Of a stretch of 64,000 nt of DNA, positions 54,016-61,718 are shown piece by piece (position 1 is the stretch's first letter; each line of letters opens with the position of its first letter). Where the stretch lies: IMG/VR virus record IMGVR_UViG_3300020048_000118. One strand, given 5' to 3'. Under the pieces are notes generated by a model. The model saw nothing but the letters and a program-made list of their open reading frames with translations, was not told the origin of the DNA and did no database searches. Position numbers and translations under genes: made by a program. The DNA is from an uncultured virus (IMG/VR IMGVR_UViG_3300020048_000118) (lineage: Duplodnaviria > Heunggongvirae > Uroviricota > Caudoviricetes > Crassvirales).

Positions 54016-55847
54016 TATGCTTTTAATAAGATCTTGTATGCTGTTCCGTTAATTCTCACACTCCAAGTTGCATCAGTTACTACTGTCTCTGATGTTACTG
54101 CTCCTGCTGGAGTCCCTGTGCTACCTACTACAAATTGATTATTTGCAGTTGCTACTGCATCTTTACCAAGAATAGTAGAACCACTAAAGTTTCCCGATTG
54201 AGTATTGAAACCTAAAGCAGTATTATTGGCTCCTGATGTATTTAAATTTAAAGCGCTCAATCCAATTGCTGTGTTACTTGCACCCGTTGTGTTTGACGAT
54301 AAAGCACCATATCCTAAAGCAGTATTATTGGCTCCTGTTGTGTTTGCTGCTAGTGCAGATAAACCTACTGCAGTATTATTATTTCCTGTTGAAAGAGTTA
54401 ATGCCTGATAACCTACAGCAGTGATGCCTGTTCCACTTGTGTTTGCGTTTGCCGCCTGATAACCTATTGCTGTGTTGTTAGAGGCTGTGTTTGCCGAAAG
54501 TGCAGAAGTACCTAAAGCGGTATTATTTGCTCCAGTTATGTTGTCTTTTAAAGCACTAGCACCAATTGCAGTATTACTTGATGCAGTAGTATTATTTAAT
54601 AAAGCCTGATTACCTACAGCAGTATTAACTGTTCCTGTTGTATTTAATTGAAGTGTATTAGAACCTACTGCTGTATTGTTAGATGCAGTGTTTGTTCTTA
54701 ATGCTAAATAACCAAGAGCAGTAAGACCCGTCCCACTTGTATTAGTCAAAGCAGCTTCATAACCTATGGCAATGTTGTTGGATGCAGTGTTATTATATAA
54801 AGCAACAGTTCCTATAGCGGTATTATTCGCTCCTGACGTATTAGAAAATAATGCCCTATCTCCTAGAGCCGTATTGTTATTACCCGTACTCAATTTCAAC
54901 GCTTGATACCCTATCGCAGTTATACCCGTTCCAGTTGTATTGGTTGTAGCCGCCTCATAACCTACGGCTGTGTTGTTAGAGGCGGTATTGCCTTGTAAAG
55001 CACTAACACCAAACGCAGAATTATTACTTCCCGTAAAGTTGTTAAAAGAAGCGTTTACACCTATGGCAACATTATTAATACCAGTTGAGTTTCTAAATGC
55101 TGACCAATAACCTACTGCCGTATTACTATTACCTGTTGAATTACGTAACGCTTGATAACCTATTGCTGTAAGGTTTGTTCCAGCCGTATTGGTAATAAGA
55201 GCACTATCGCCAAATGCCGTGTTTCCTGCTACGCTACCGCCACCTAAATTGAAAACACTACCCGCATCATTTACTTGCAAACTTGAAAGTCCCGCACTAT
55301 TCTGCACCAAAAGCGATGTCGTGGCGGATGTTGATCCGCTGCCTACTACCTGTAATTTAGCCGTACCCGTAATTGTATTGATACCTACGTTTCCTGTACT
55401 CCTTTTAATAAATACAGTCGTACTCAACAAAGTTCCTGCATCATTATAAGCACGTACAGCAAAATCACTACCTGCATTAGAACCACTTTCAGCAGTATTG
55501 TTAACGTATAATCCGAATCTTTGTAATCCTGCTGTACGATATGTGATAATTTTACTCTGTCCTGCATCACCATCCATTACCATGCGTGTAGTAGCAGCAG
55601 TGCTTTTAAGATGTAAAATACCTAAAGGAGTAGTAGTACCAATCCCCACCCTTTTATTGGCGTTGTCCCAATTCAAGCCAGTTGCCCCACCGATCTGCAA
55701 TGCAGTGGTGGAGATGCTAAGCATTGTATCGTTTCCGGCACCGTCAGATAGTGCCTTTAATGATGCTGAAAGTGCAGCGTTGTCTCCAAACTTTATTAAC
55801 CCAGAGTATGTGTTCTGAGGAAGTAATCCGATTAAACTTGTTCCCAT
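54015..55847 (-). CDS. Tail fibre/adhesin with NTAIG(Y)xAL beta-helix repeats
   Basis: More than 20 NTAxGxxAL repeats; start reassigned to MGTSL (55847) behind TATCTTTG (55852-55859). Confidence 0.8.
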   Translation of the reverse strand: MGTSLIGLLPQNTYSGLIKFGDNAALSASLKALSDGAGNDTMLSISTTALQIGGATGLNWDNANKRVGIGTTTPLGILHLKSTAATTRMVMDGDAGQSKIITYRTAGLQRFGLYVNNTAESGSNAGSDFAVRAYNDAGTLLSTTVFIKRSTGNVGINTITGTAKLQVVGSGSTSATTSLLVQNSAGLSSLQVNDAGSVFNLGGGSVAGNTAFGDSALITNTAGTNLTAIGYQALRNSTGNSNTAVGYWSAFRNSTGINNVAIGVNASFNNFTGSNNSAFGVSALQGNTASNNTAVGYEAATTNTTGTGITAIGYQALKLSTGNNNTALGDRALFSNTSGANNTAIGTVALYNNTASNNIAIGYEAALTNTSGTGLTALGYLALRTNTASNNTAVGSNTLQLNTTGTVNTAVGNQALLNNTTASSNTAIGASALKDNITGANNTALGTSALSANTASNNTAIGYQAANANTSGTGITAVGYQALTLSTGNNNTAVGLSALAANTTGANNTALGYGALSSNTTGASNTAIGLSALNLNTSGANNTALGFNTQSGNFSGSTILGKDAVATANNQFVVGSTGTPAGAVTSETVVTDATWSVRINGTAYKILLKA

Positions 55848-55864
55848 TGTACAAAGATAACAAT

Positions 55865-56005
55865 TTAACAGACATTCCACGGAGTGGAGACAGAGCTCCA
55901 AGCAACCGAAGATAATTCCCACGCAGTATTAGCAAAGCAAGATCCTGGAGGATAAGATCCAACAAGGCTAGCCCTTCCTACGTATATCCCTATCGATATG
56001 ATCAT
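55865..56005 (-). CDS. Small hypothetical protein (46 aa) with W-x6-W-x6-W repeat
   Basis: Hand-translated MIISIGIYVGR...AWELSSVAWSSVSTPWNVC. Confidence 0.5.
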   Translation of the reverse strand: MIISIGIYVGRASLVGSYPPGSCFANTAWELSSVAWSSVSTPWNVC

Positions 56006-56006
56006 C

Positions 56007-56264
56007 TTACCAAAGGGCTACGATGCTTGTCGCACTTGTTCCTGTAGCGTACACACGTGTAACGTTTACTGGGATAAAAGAACCACCAAGTACACCGGTA
56101 AATGTAACTGTATCTCCGCCAATTGTGTCAACGGTCAAGTCACCAGAACCACCTACGTACAATACGCAGCCATTGTTGCTGGTGCCTCCAGATACTGATG
56201 GAATGTCTACTGTGTTTGATGGAGTTACCGCAGCGGCACGTCCAGCTTGTAGTTTAAAATTCAT
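56007..56264 (-). CDS. Head-spike base-like protein (RcGTA Rcc01079-like)
   Basis: AAAVTPS...LYVGGSGDL...GSFIPVNVTRVYATGTSATSIVALW. Confidence 0.65.
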   Translation of the reverse strand: MNFKLQAGRAAAVTPSNTVDIPSVSGGTSNNGCVLYVGGSGDLTVDTIGGDTVTFTGVLGGSFIPVNVTRVYATGTSATSIVALW

Positions 56265-56304
56265 ATTGCAAATATAATGATATTATACGACTCTGTCACA
56301 TAAT

Positions 56305-56466
56305 CTACTTCTTGGTGTCTTTTGAGTAAGGCACCAGCTTGTTCAGCTTTTCCTGCCTCACGTCGCAACCGCAATTCTCTCCGAAGATGCTCTTTACCAG
56401 CATCTCGATGCCGGTGGCCTTGGTAATGGCGGCTACGGTGTCGCCCAATCCCTTTTGCTTGTCCAT
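56305..56466 (-). CDS. Small phage protein (GLGDT...CGC...RQEKLN family)
   Basis: Hand-translated MDKQKGLGDTVAAITKATGI...NCGCDVRQEKLNKLVPY. Confidence 0.7.
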   Translation of the reverse strand: MDKQKGLGDTVAAITKATGIEMLVKSIFGENCGCDVRQEKLNKLVPYSKDTKK

Positions 56467-56539
56467 GTAACAAAAATAGGCTAAATTTGTTAATCTTTTC
56501 GTACCAAAGGTACGACAAGATTACTAAAATTAGACTCAA

Positions 56540-57007
56540 ATGGACTCAATTGAAATGGCCCGGTACGTCAGGTACCTGCCGATTATTAAAAGACTTTACA
56601 TGGAGAAGTATGACCTGTCCTCCACACAGGTCGATATCCTGATCTTCATCCACGGTACACGGACATTCCGCCTAAGAGTGCTGTACGACTTCGCGTCTAC
56701 CATGAAGTGGCAGGCAAGGCTCTTCTCGGACATGAAGTCTCGTGGATTTATTAAGTTCCACAAGGACTCGTCCCGTAAGCTCGGTGTTATCTACCAGTGC
56801 TCTGTCAAGACAGACAAGATAATGAAGGAATTGTTTGATCTGGTACTAGAGCAGACCAAGTTCTCAGATGATCCTGCTGAGAACCCGATCCACAAGAGAG
56901 AAAATTACACGCAGAAGTACCACTCCCTTTTCATGAAGAGGATCAATCTAGAACGAGAACAACGTCCCGCTCAAGTATTATATGATACTGACGACTCTGA
57001 ATTCTAA
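56540..57007 (+). CDS. Winged-helix (MarR-like) DNA-binding protein
   Basis: KYDLSSTQVDILIFI...MKSRGFI...IYQCS pattern; only + strand gene in the late arm; TAAATTTG at 56482-56489. Confidence 0.55.
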   Translation: MDSIEMARYVRYLPIIKRLYMEKYDLSSTQVDILIFIHGTRTFRLRVLYDFASTMKWQARLFSDMKSRGFIKFHKDSSRKLGVIYQCSVKTDKIMKELFDLVLEQTKFSDDPAENPIHKRENYTQKYHSLFMKRINLEREQRPAQVLYDTDDSEF

Positions 57008-57206
57008 CGCCGTGGCCAGCGCGTCTATCGTAGTATACGATAGACTCACTCGCTATGTCAGATACAACATCCCCGCCCACGTGTACTACGTGGGCCTTGC
57101 CGTACCTGAGCTCGTTCTCATCGTCGTTTGTCATGATCAGACCTGACTGAGACTTGGTCTCCTCAAATATCGGATCAATCACGATGTACTTTCCTATAGC
57201 TCTCAT
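56943..57206 (-). CDS. groES: Co-chaperonin GroES
   Basis: IVIDP...TKSQSGLIM...VVHVG...YHIILERDVVLV; coupled to groEL. Confidence 0.8.
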   Translation of the reverse strand: MRAIGKYIVIDPIFEETKSQSGLIMTNDDENELRYGKAHVVHVGGDVVSDIASESIVYYDRRAGHGVRIQSRQYHIILERDVVLVLD

Positions 57207-58774
57207 TTTGCTCTTACGTTAGTAATGATACAGTTGGTGCTCAAGATCGTTGTTGCAACGCTGACAGCGTTCTCCAGAGCACTCTTGGTAACCTTTAGCG
57301 GGTCGATGATGCCCATCTCGATCATATTTCCTACAACACCCTCTTTCACGTCGAAGCCGTAACCGAAACTATTTTGATAGTTTAGGGCAATGTCACCCTT
57401 TACCTCGTTCGGGTCATACCCGCCGTTCTCTAGGATCGTGTTGAATGGCTGCTGCAGTGCGTACTTGATGATGCTCTTAGCTGTAGAGCATCCGCAGATC
57501 TCACCGGCTATGTTCAGCAAAGCAATACCACCACCAGGCAGAATTCCGCCCTCCATCGCTGCCTTGGTCGCATACACTGCGTCCTCGACACGGTCCCTCT
57601 TCTCCTTCATCTCGACATCGCTCTGCGCTCCGACGTAGATAACGCCAACGCCGCCCGCAAGGTTAGCGAGCCTCTCCTCCAAGAACTTCTTCAGTCCCTC
57701 GTTGGTAGCCTCTGCCAAGTTATTGCGGATGCCCTCAATCCTCATCGATAGATCGTCAGACAGATCGTTGTCGGTGATAATGATCGTAGACTCCTTTCCG
57801 ACCACCACCTTCTGGGCATGGCCCAGGTCGGTGAATGATACAAGTCCTAAATTGTCTCCGGTTCCGTCAGAGATGAATCGTGCTCCGGTAGCGGCAGCGA
57901 TGTCCTCCATGATCTCGGAACGCATCTGCCCGAAGCTCGGTGGAACGATGGCGCATGCTTTGATCACACCCTTGAGCCTGTTAAGGTTGAGTGAGTTCAG
58001 TGCGTTCTCCGACATCTCGGCGATAATAAGTATGCTCTTTCCGCTCTGCACCACTGGTGCCAAAAGGTGCTCGATATTGTTCAATGACGTGATCTCCTGG
58101 TCAGAGATTAAGATGTAACAGTCCTCTAGGATCGCCTCGTTCTTCTTCTGGTCCGTCACGAAGTACTTTGACATCCATCCGCGCCCAAGCTTCATGCCAG
58201 ATACCACCTCAGAGTAAGTCTTTGAGCTTTGAGACGTCTCAACAGTTACCACACCGTCTTTACCGACCATGCTGTAAGCGTCTGAAATGATCTGCCCTAG
58301 TTCTGGGTCATTGTTGGCGGAGATCGTGGCTACAGAGGCCATAGAATCGTCTGTAACGGGGATAGCCATGCTGTCCAATGCCTGTGCAACTGACAGTGCT
58401 AGCTCTTTTACCTCTCTCAACACCTTTGTTGGGTTGTCCTCGGCCTTCATAAACTGCTGTGAGCCATGAATCAGACCCTGTGTTAGCACAATCGAGGTAG
58501 TGGTACCGTCACCAGCAGCTGTTGCCGTCTTCTCGGATGCCTCTTTTACCATTTGTACCGCAAGGTTCTGCGTTGGGTCGTCCAAAACAATGGACCTTGC
58601 AACACTTACACCGTCTTTTGTGATGTGGATACCGTGTGTGTACTGGTCTGACTCGATCAGAACGGTCTGTCCACGTGCACCCAAGGTGCTCTTGACGGCA
58701 TTTGCTATAATGTCTATACCAGACACTAGCTTTTCACGGGCCTCGGCCCCAAATTCAACTTGTTTAACGATCAT
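57203..58774 (-). CDS. groEL: Chaperonin GroEL
   Basis: VKSTLGARG, ITKDGVSVA, AGDGTTT, ISANND, GGGIAL, GIIDP; lacks GGM tail; start reassigned to 58774. Confidence 0.95.
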   Translation of the reverse strand: MIVKQVEFGAEAREKLVSGIDIIANAVKSTLGARGQTVLIESDQYTHGIHITKDGVSVARSIVLDDPTQNLAVQMVKEASEKTATAAGDGTTTSIVLTQGLIHGSQQFMKAEDNPTKVLREVKELALSVAQALDSMAIPVTDDSMASVATISANNDPELGQIISDAYSMVGKDGVVTVETSQSSKTYSEVVSGMKLGRGWMSKYFVTDQKKNEAILEDCYILISDQEITSLNNIEHLLAPVVQSGKSILIIAEMSENALNSLNLNRLKGVIKACAIVPPSFGQMRSEIMEDIAAATGARFISDGTGDNLGLVSFTDLGHAQKVVVGKESTIIITDNDLSDDLSMRIEGIRNNLAEATNEGLKKFLEERLANLAGGVGVIYVGAQSDVEMKEKRDRVEDAVYATKAAMEGGILPGGGIALLNIAGEICGCSTAKSIIKYALQQPFNTILENGGYDPNEVKGDIALNYQNSFGYGFDVKEGVVGNMIEMGIIDPLKVTKSALENAVSVATTILSTNCIITNVRAK

Positions 58775-58802
58775 ATTTGATTTAATTTGTGCAAATATAA
58801 AC

Positions 58803-58827
58803 AAAAAAGGGACCATTGGCCCCCTTT
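58803..58827 (-). terminator. Intrinsic terminator abutting groEL promoter
   Basis: GGGGGCC-AAT-GGTCCCT stem plus T-run, then TATATTTG (58792-58799). Confidence 0.7.
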
Positions 58828-58846
58828 CTGTCAAATTGTCGTAAAA

Positions 58847-58972
58847 TTACTTCTTTTTAGTGATTACACCCTTGGCAATCAATACATCTTTCTTGGTTAC
58901 CTTGCCGTCCTTGTTCATGTCAGGGAAGGATTTCTTCGCAGCCTTTCCGGCGCTCTTCATTACTTTTTTCAT
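58847..58972 (-). CDS. Small basic protein with EF-hand/dockerin-like loop DMNKDGKVTKKD (41 aa)
   Basis: Hand-translated. Confidence 0.65.
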   Translation of the reverse strand: MKKVMKSAGKAAKKSFPDMNKDGKVTKKDVLIAKGVITKKK

Positions 58973-59142
58973 TTCTTTTTTATTTTTATAGTGTCAGTTG
59001 CAACAGCCTTTACAAAGGTTCTGTTCTTGCCCTTTGGCTTTAAGTTCGGATCTCTTGTGATATTAAACGCAGCAACGCTGTCCTGGTAGCTCTTTGACGG
59101 TGCACTCAATTTGTACACGTTTGTCTTCTTTGGAGGAGTCAT
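58969..59142 (-). CDS. Small basic protein (57 aa, MTPPKKTNVYK...)
   Basis: Hand-translated; TATCTTTG at 59147-59154. Confidence 0.55.
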   Translation of the reverse strand: MTPPKKTNVYKLSAPSKSYQDSVAAFNITRDPNLKPKGKNRTFVKAVATDTIKIKKK

Positions 59143-59155
59143 AGTACAAAGATAA

Positions 59156-59743
59156 TTATAAATCTTTACTCTCGATCAATGTGTACGTGAAGCTGTTCCC
59201 ATGCATCTTGGCCGATTTCTCGACAATAACCATGAATGCAGCGAAATCTTTTATTCTCTTGAACACTTGGCATCCATGCGACCATTCGCCAATAAGGACG
59301 GAGTCCGCTCCAGCATGGTGGATATTGATACCATCAAGGTTGCTGTCAACGATCTTGTCTGTGTCGTACTCTAGATCCTTGTCGGCGTCCCTGTACAAGC
59401 GTAGCTTTCCCTTCTGCTTCAACGCACGGTACTTGCCTTGGTGTAGTCCAATCATGTGGCTACCCGGATATTGTCCCGGCACAACTCTCGCAGTTCCTCG
59501 TCCGTTATTTCCACGAAGCATTGGATCCTTTCCTGGGTCCGTGGTCGCAGACCAACTGAAGAACTTCCATACACCGCCGTCCTTGTAAGAGATCGTCATC
59601 CAATCGTCAAAAGCGTTAGTAACTGCGTTACCAACAGTTGAATTTCTGATACCAATAATGTTGACGTTGAAGTCTCCATTCTCAAAATACTTGTGACCCA
59701 ATTTATAGCAAGCAGCCATGACGGTCTCTCTTGTTAGCTCCAT
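59156..59743 (-). CDS. YkuD/L,D-transpeptidase-like cell-wall enzyme, possible endolysin
   Basis: ATTDPG and GINIHHAG...WSHGCQV (H...S-x-G-C catalytic motif). Confidence 0.65.
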   Translation of the reverse strand: MELTRETVMAACYKLGHKYFENGDFNVNIIGIRNSTVGNAVTNAFDDWMTISYKDGGVWKFFSWSATTDPGKDPMLRGNNGRGTARVVPGQYPGSHMIGLHQGKYRALKQKGKLRLYRDADKDLEYDTDKIVDSNLDGINIHHAGADSVLIGEWSHGCQVFKRIKDFAAFMVIVEKSAKMHGNSFTYTLIESKDL

Positions 59744-59777
59744 GGATCAAAGATAAGAAAACTTGATCAATCAGCAC

Positions 59778-60016
59778 GGAGACATGAAAAACGTCTCCAT
59801 ACCGATATGTCGATTTTCGGTGTCTCTACTCTATATATATAAAAACTGTATTCTATATATATTTTTTTTTATTACTAATGAACAGAGAAAAAACGACACA
59901 AAAGAAATAAGATATTAAAGATCAATTAGTTAACCCATGTCACCTACAGTGTCACTTTAAGTAGAATCGACACTTGTCAACACAAAACCGACACTTGTCC
60001 ACAAATATCGACACAA
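59778..60016. promoter_or_regulatory. Putative replication origin B (homologue of 2761-3006)
   Basis: Hairpin GGAGAC...GTCTCC, core CTACTCTATATATATAAAAACTGTATTCTATATATATTTTTTTTTATTACTAAT, CGACAC iterons. Confidence 0.6.
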
Positions 60017-60040
60017 AAAAAGAGCTTTTTAGGGCTCTTT
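60015..60040 (-). terminator. Intrinsic terminator
   Basis: AAAGAGC/GCTCTTT stem plus T-run. Confidence 0.65.
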
Positions 60041-60062
60041 TAATTAAGGTGGTCGAATTTTA

Positions 60063-60236
60063 CTACTTACCGCAGCTGCCTTTCACCTTCATGTTGTCCT
60101 TCATCTTCGATGCCATTGTCATGGCTTCTGCCATCATCATGGTCTTTTTCATCTGCTTCATCTGTGACTTGGCCTCGGCCATTTTAGCAATGCCAGACAT
60201 CTGTGGTGGCATCGGATTGTTTAGTGGTTTCTTCAT
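60063..60236 (-). CDS. Small Met/Lys-rich protein (57 aa)
   Basis: Hand-translated MKKPLNNPMPPQMSGIAKMAEAKSQMKQMKKTMMMAEAM...; TATCTTTG at 60241-60248. Confidence 0.65.
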   Translation of the reverse strand: MKKPLNNPMPPQMSGIAKMAEAKSQMKQMKKTMMMAEAMTMASKMKDNMKVKGSCGK

Positions 60237-60252
60237 AATGCAAAGATAGGGA

Positions 60253-60387
60253 CTACCACATGAACGTGATACGGAAGAAAAGTAAGTTTATGTCGATCTC
60301 GTTTGTCTCTCCGGGGTAGTTAGACTCAAAGTACTCGATCCCAAGTAAGATCGCGTCCGGTACAAGTAATGATATTTCTATAGCCAT
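60253..60387 (-). CDS. Small hypothetical protein (44 aa, MAIEISLLVPDAILLGIEY...ITFMW)
   Basis: Hand-translated; TATATTTG at 60392-60399. Confidence 0.6.
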   Translation of the reverse strand: MAIEISLLVPDAILLGIEYFESNYPGETNEIDINLLFFRITFMW

Positions 60388-60840
60388 GTGGCAAATATAG
60401 ATATAAGGCGCCAGACTTATAAGTGCCAATTATCAACCTACAGGTTAATAATCGACCATGTGGTTTATACCTATGAGTATAATACCAGGAACTAGATATG
60501 CTGAGGTTTTGGGTAATACCCCCATATTGCGTCACGCCGGCCGCGGGGAAAACCGATTATTTTTGCCCCATGGGTTGTCGGTGTGTCGGCCTTGCCCCAA
60601 ATTTTTGGCCTTTTGCCCGTGCGCTCCGCATGGGCTAACAGCCCGCCCGCTCCCTAGGTGGGCGCCCCGTCATGCTAAGGAAACTGCGGAAACGCTCAGA
60701 GTTTCCATTACACCCCGCACATGGTCGCATCATGAATCTGCCATCTGTAAGGCCTTGATAGTCACTTGCGATAATCCGTACAAGGTTTTCAAATCAGTTG
60801 CGAAAATCCGTAAACAAAGTTGAAAATAAATGTTGACATG

Positions 60841-60872
60841 TTTGGTGTTGTCAACAATCGGTCGTAACATTG
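60841..60872 (+). promoter_or_regulatory. Early promoter P1: TTTG-N20-TAACATTG
   Basis: Bacteroidota -33/-7 architecture; same architecture at 61664 and 63503. Confidence 0.7.
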
Positions 60873-60896
60873 TATTGTAATAAAACACAAACGGAT

Positions 60897-61163
60897 ATGA
60901 TAAACTACAGCAAATTGATGAGCCACAACCCTACCTCTTATGGGGTAATGATGAACGACAAAGGACAGCAGATTGAGTTCTTCGAGCACCCAACATTGGG
61001 AGACGAGAGCGACATCATCTGCGCTTGCCACGAACTACAAGTAGCCGATTACTCGGGCTTCTACGAGACTGACGACATGATTGCTGAGCACGGCGAATAT
61101 CAGCCATGGTTCAACGAGGACGGCCAGTTGCAAATGGGAGAACTTGGGAGCCCAAACGAATAA
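60897..61163 (+). CDS. Early acidic hypothetical protein
   Basis: ATG 60897 after P1; FFEHPTLGDES motif. Confidence 0.7.
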   Translation: MINYSKLMSHNPTSYGVMMNDKGQQIEFFEHPTLGDESDIICACHELQVADYSGFYETDDMIAEHGEYQPWFNEDGQLQMGELGSPNE

Positions 61164-61230
61164 GGTTAACTGACGAGTCCTAAATGGACGAAACATGGGT
61201 GAGCATAGCGAACTCATCCATGTCTTAACC
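61164..61230 (+). ncRNA. Hammerhead ribozyme, type I (HHR1)
   Basis: Stem I GGTTAA/TTAACC; core CTGACGA; stem II GTCC-TAAAT-GGAC; GAAA; stem III ACATGGGTGAG...CTCATCCATGT; GTC cleavage triplet at 61222-61224. Confidence 0.92.
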
Positions 61231-61244
61231 AAAACAACAACGAT

Positions 61245-61463
61245 ATGAACAACAATCAAAAATCATCAGCAGACCACATCATCGAGCAACTAAAGTCAAT
61301 TGACATTGATGGAGAGACAATGGAGTACATCATCAACGGAGTTGGCATGAGTTATCAAATGCTAAGACAATTGATAATAAATTCAAGCGACTTTGACATC
61401 AACAACATCATCTCAGAGAGGGATGAAATTCACGACCAAGGAAGAAACAAGCATTTAGGTTAA
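61245..61463 (+). CDS. Early hypothetical protein flanked by two hammerheads
   Basis: 72-aa ORF; its stop TAA is part of HHR2 stem I. Confidence 0.7.
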   Translation: MNNNQKSSADHIIEQLKSIDIDGETMEYIINGVGMSYQMLRQLIINSSDFDINNIISERDEIHDQGRNKHLG

Positions 61464-61511
61464 CTGATGAGGTCTTAATGACCGAAACGGGGCTCACGCC
61501 CCGTCTTAACC
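61458..61511 (+). ncRNA. Hammerhead ribozyme, type I (HHR2)
   Basis: Stem I GGTTAA/TTAACC; core CTGATGA; stem II GGTC-TTAAT-GACC; GAAA; stem III ACGGGGC-TCAC-GCCCCGT; GTC at 61503-61505. Confidence 0.93.
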
Positions 61512-61524
61512 AAAAAACATAGAC

Positions 61525-61653
61525 ATGAAATATTACATCCAAGACAACATCGACGAAACGAGAATGCCCGTAGTGTTCGACAACCACAGCGACGCGCTCG
61601 ACTACATTTTCGACAATGACCTAACAATGACTCACGAAATAATTGCAGAATAA
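61525..61653 (+). CDS. Early small acidic protein (42 aa, MKYYIQDNIDETRMPVVF...)
   Basis: Hand-translated; A-rich leader after HHR2. Confidence 0.6.
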   Translation: MKYYIQDNIDETRMPVVFDNHSDALDYIFDNDLTMTHEIIAE

Positions 61654-61663
61654 CGAAAATAAA

Positions 61664-61695
61664 TTTGCATAATACGTATATTATAACTAACATTG
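61664..61695 (+). promoter_or_regulatory. Early promoter P2: TTTG-N20-TAACATTG
   Basis: Same architecture as P1. Confidence 0.7.
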
Positions 61696-61718
61696 TGAAC
61701 ACTTTAATAACAAACGAC

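Noticed and set aside
44094..55847. Diversity-generating retroelement or invertible shufflon acting on fibres
   Set aside because: No reverse transcriptase, no TR/VR pair differing at adenines, no recombinase; all repeats are direct and in frame
12197..59641. Numerous + strand ORFs in the track opposite structural genes
   Set aside because: Antisense shadows of long - strand genes with no independent signals; only 56540-57007 retained
60326..60823. ORFs 60326-60535 (-) and 60458-60823 (+)
   Set aside because: They cross the palindrome cluster and GC-rich island with atypical composition; better explained as non-coding plus the short 60253-60387 gene
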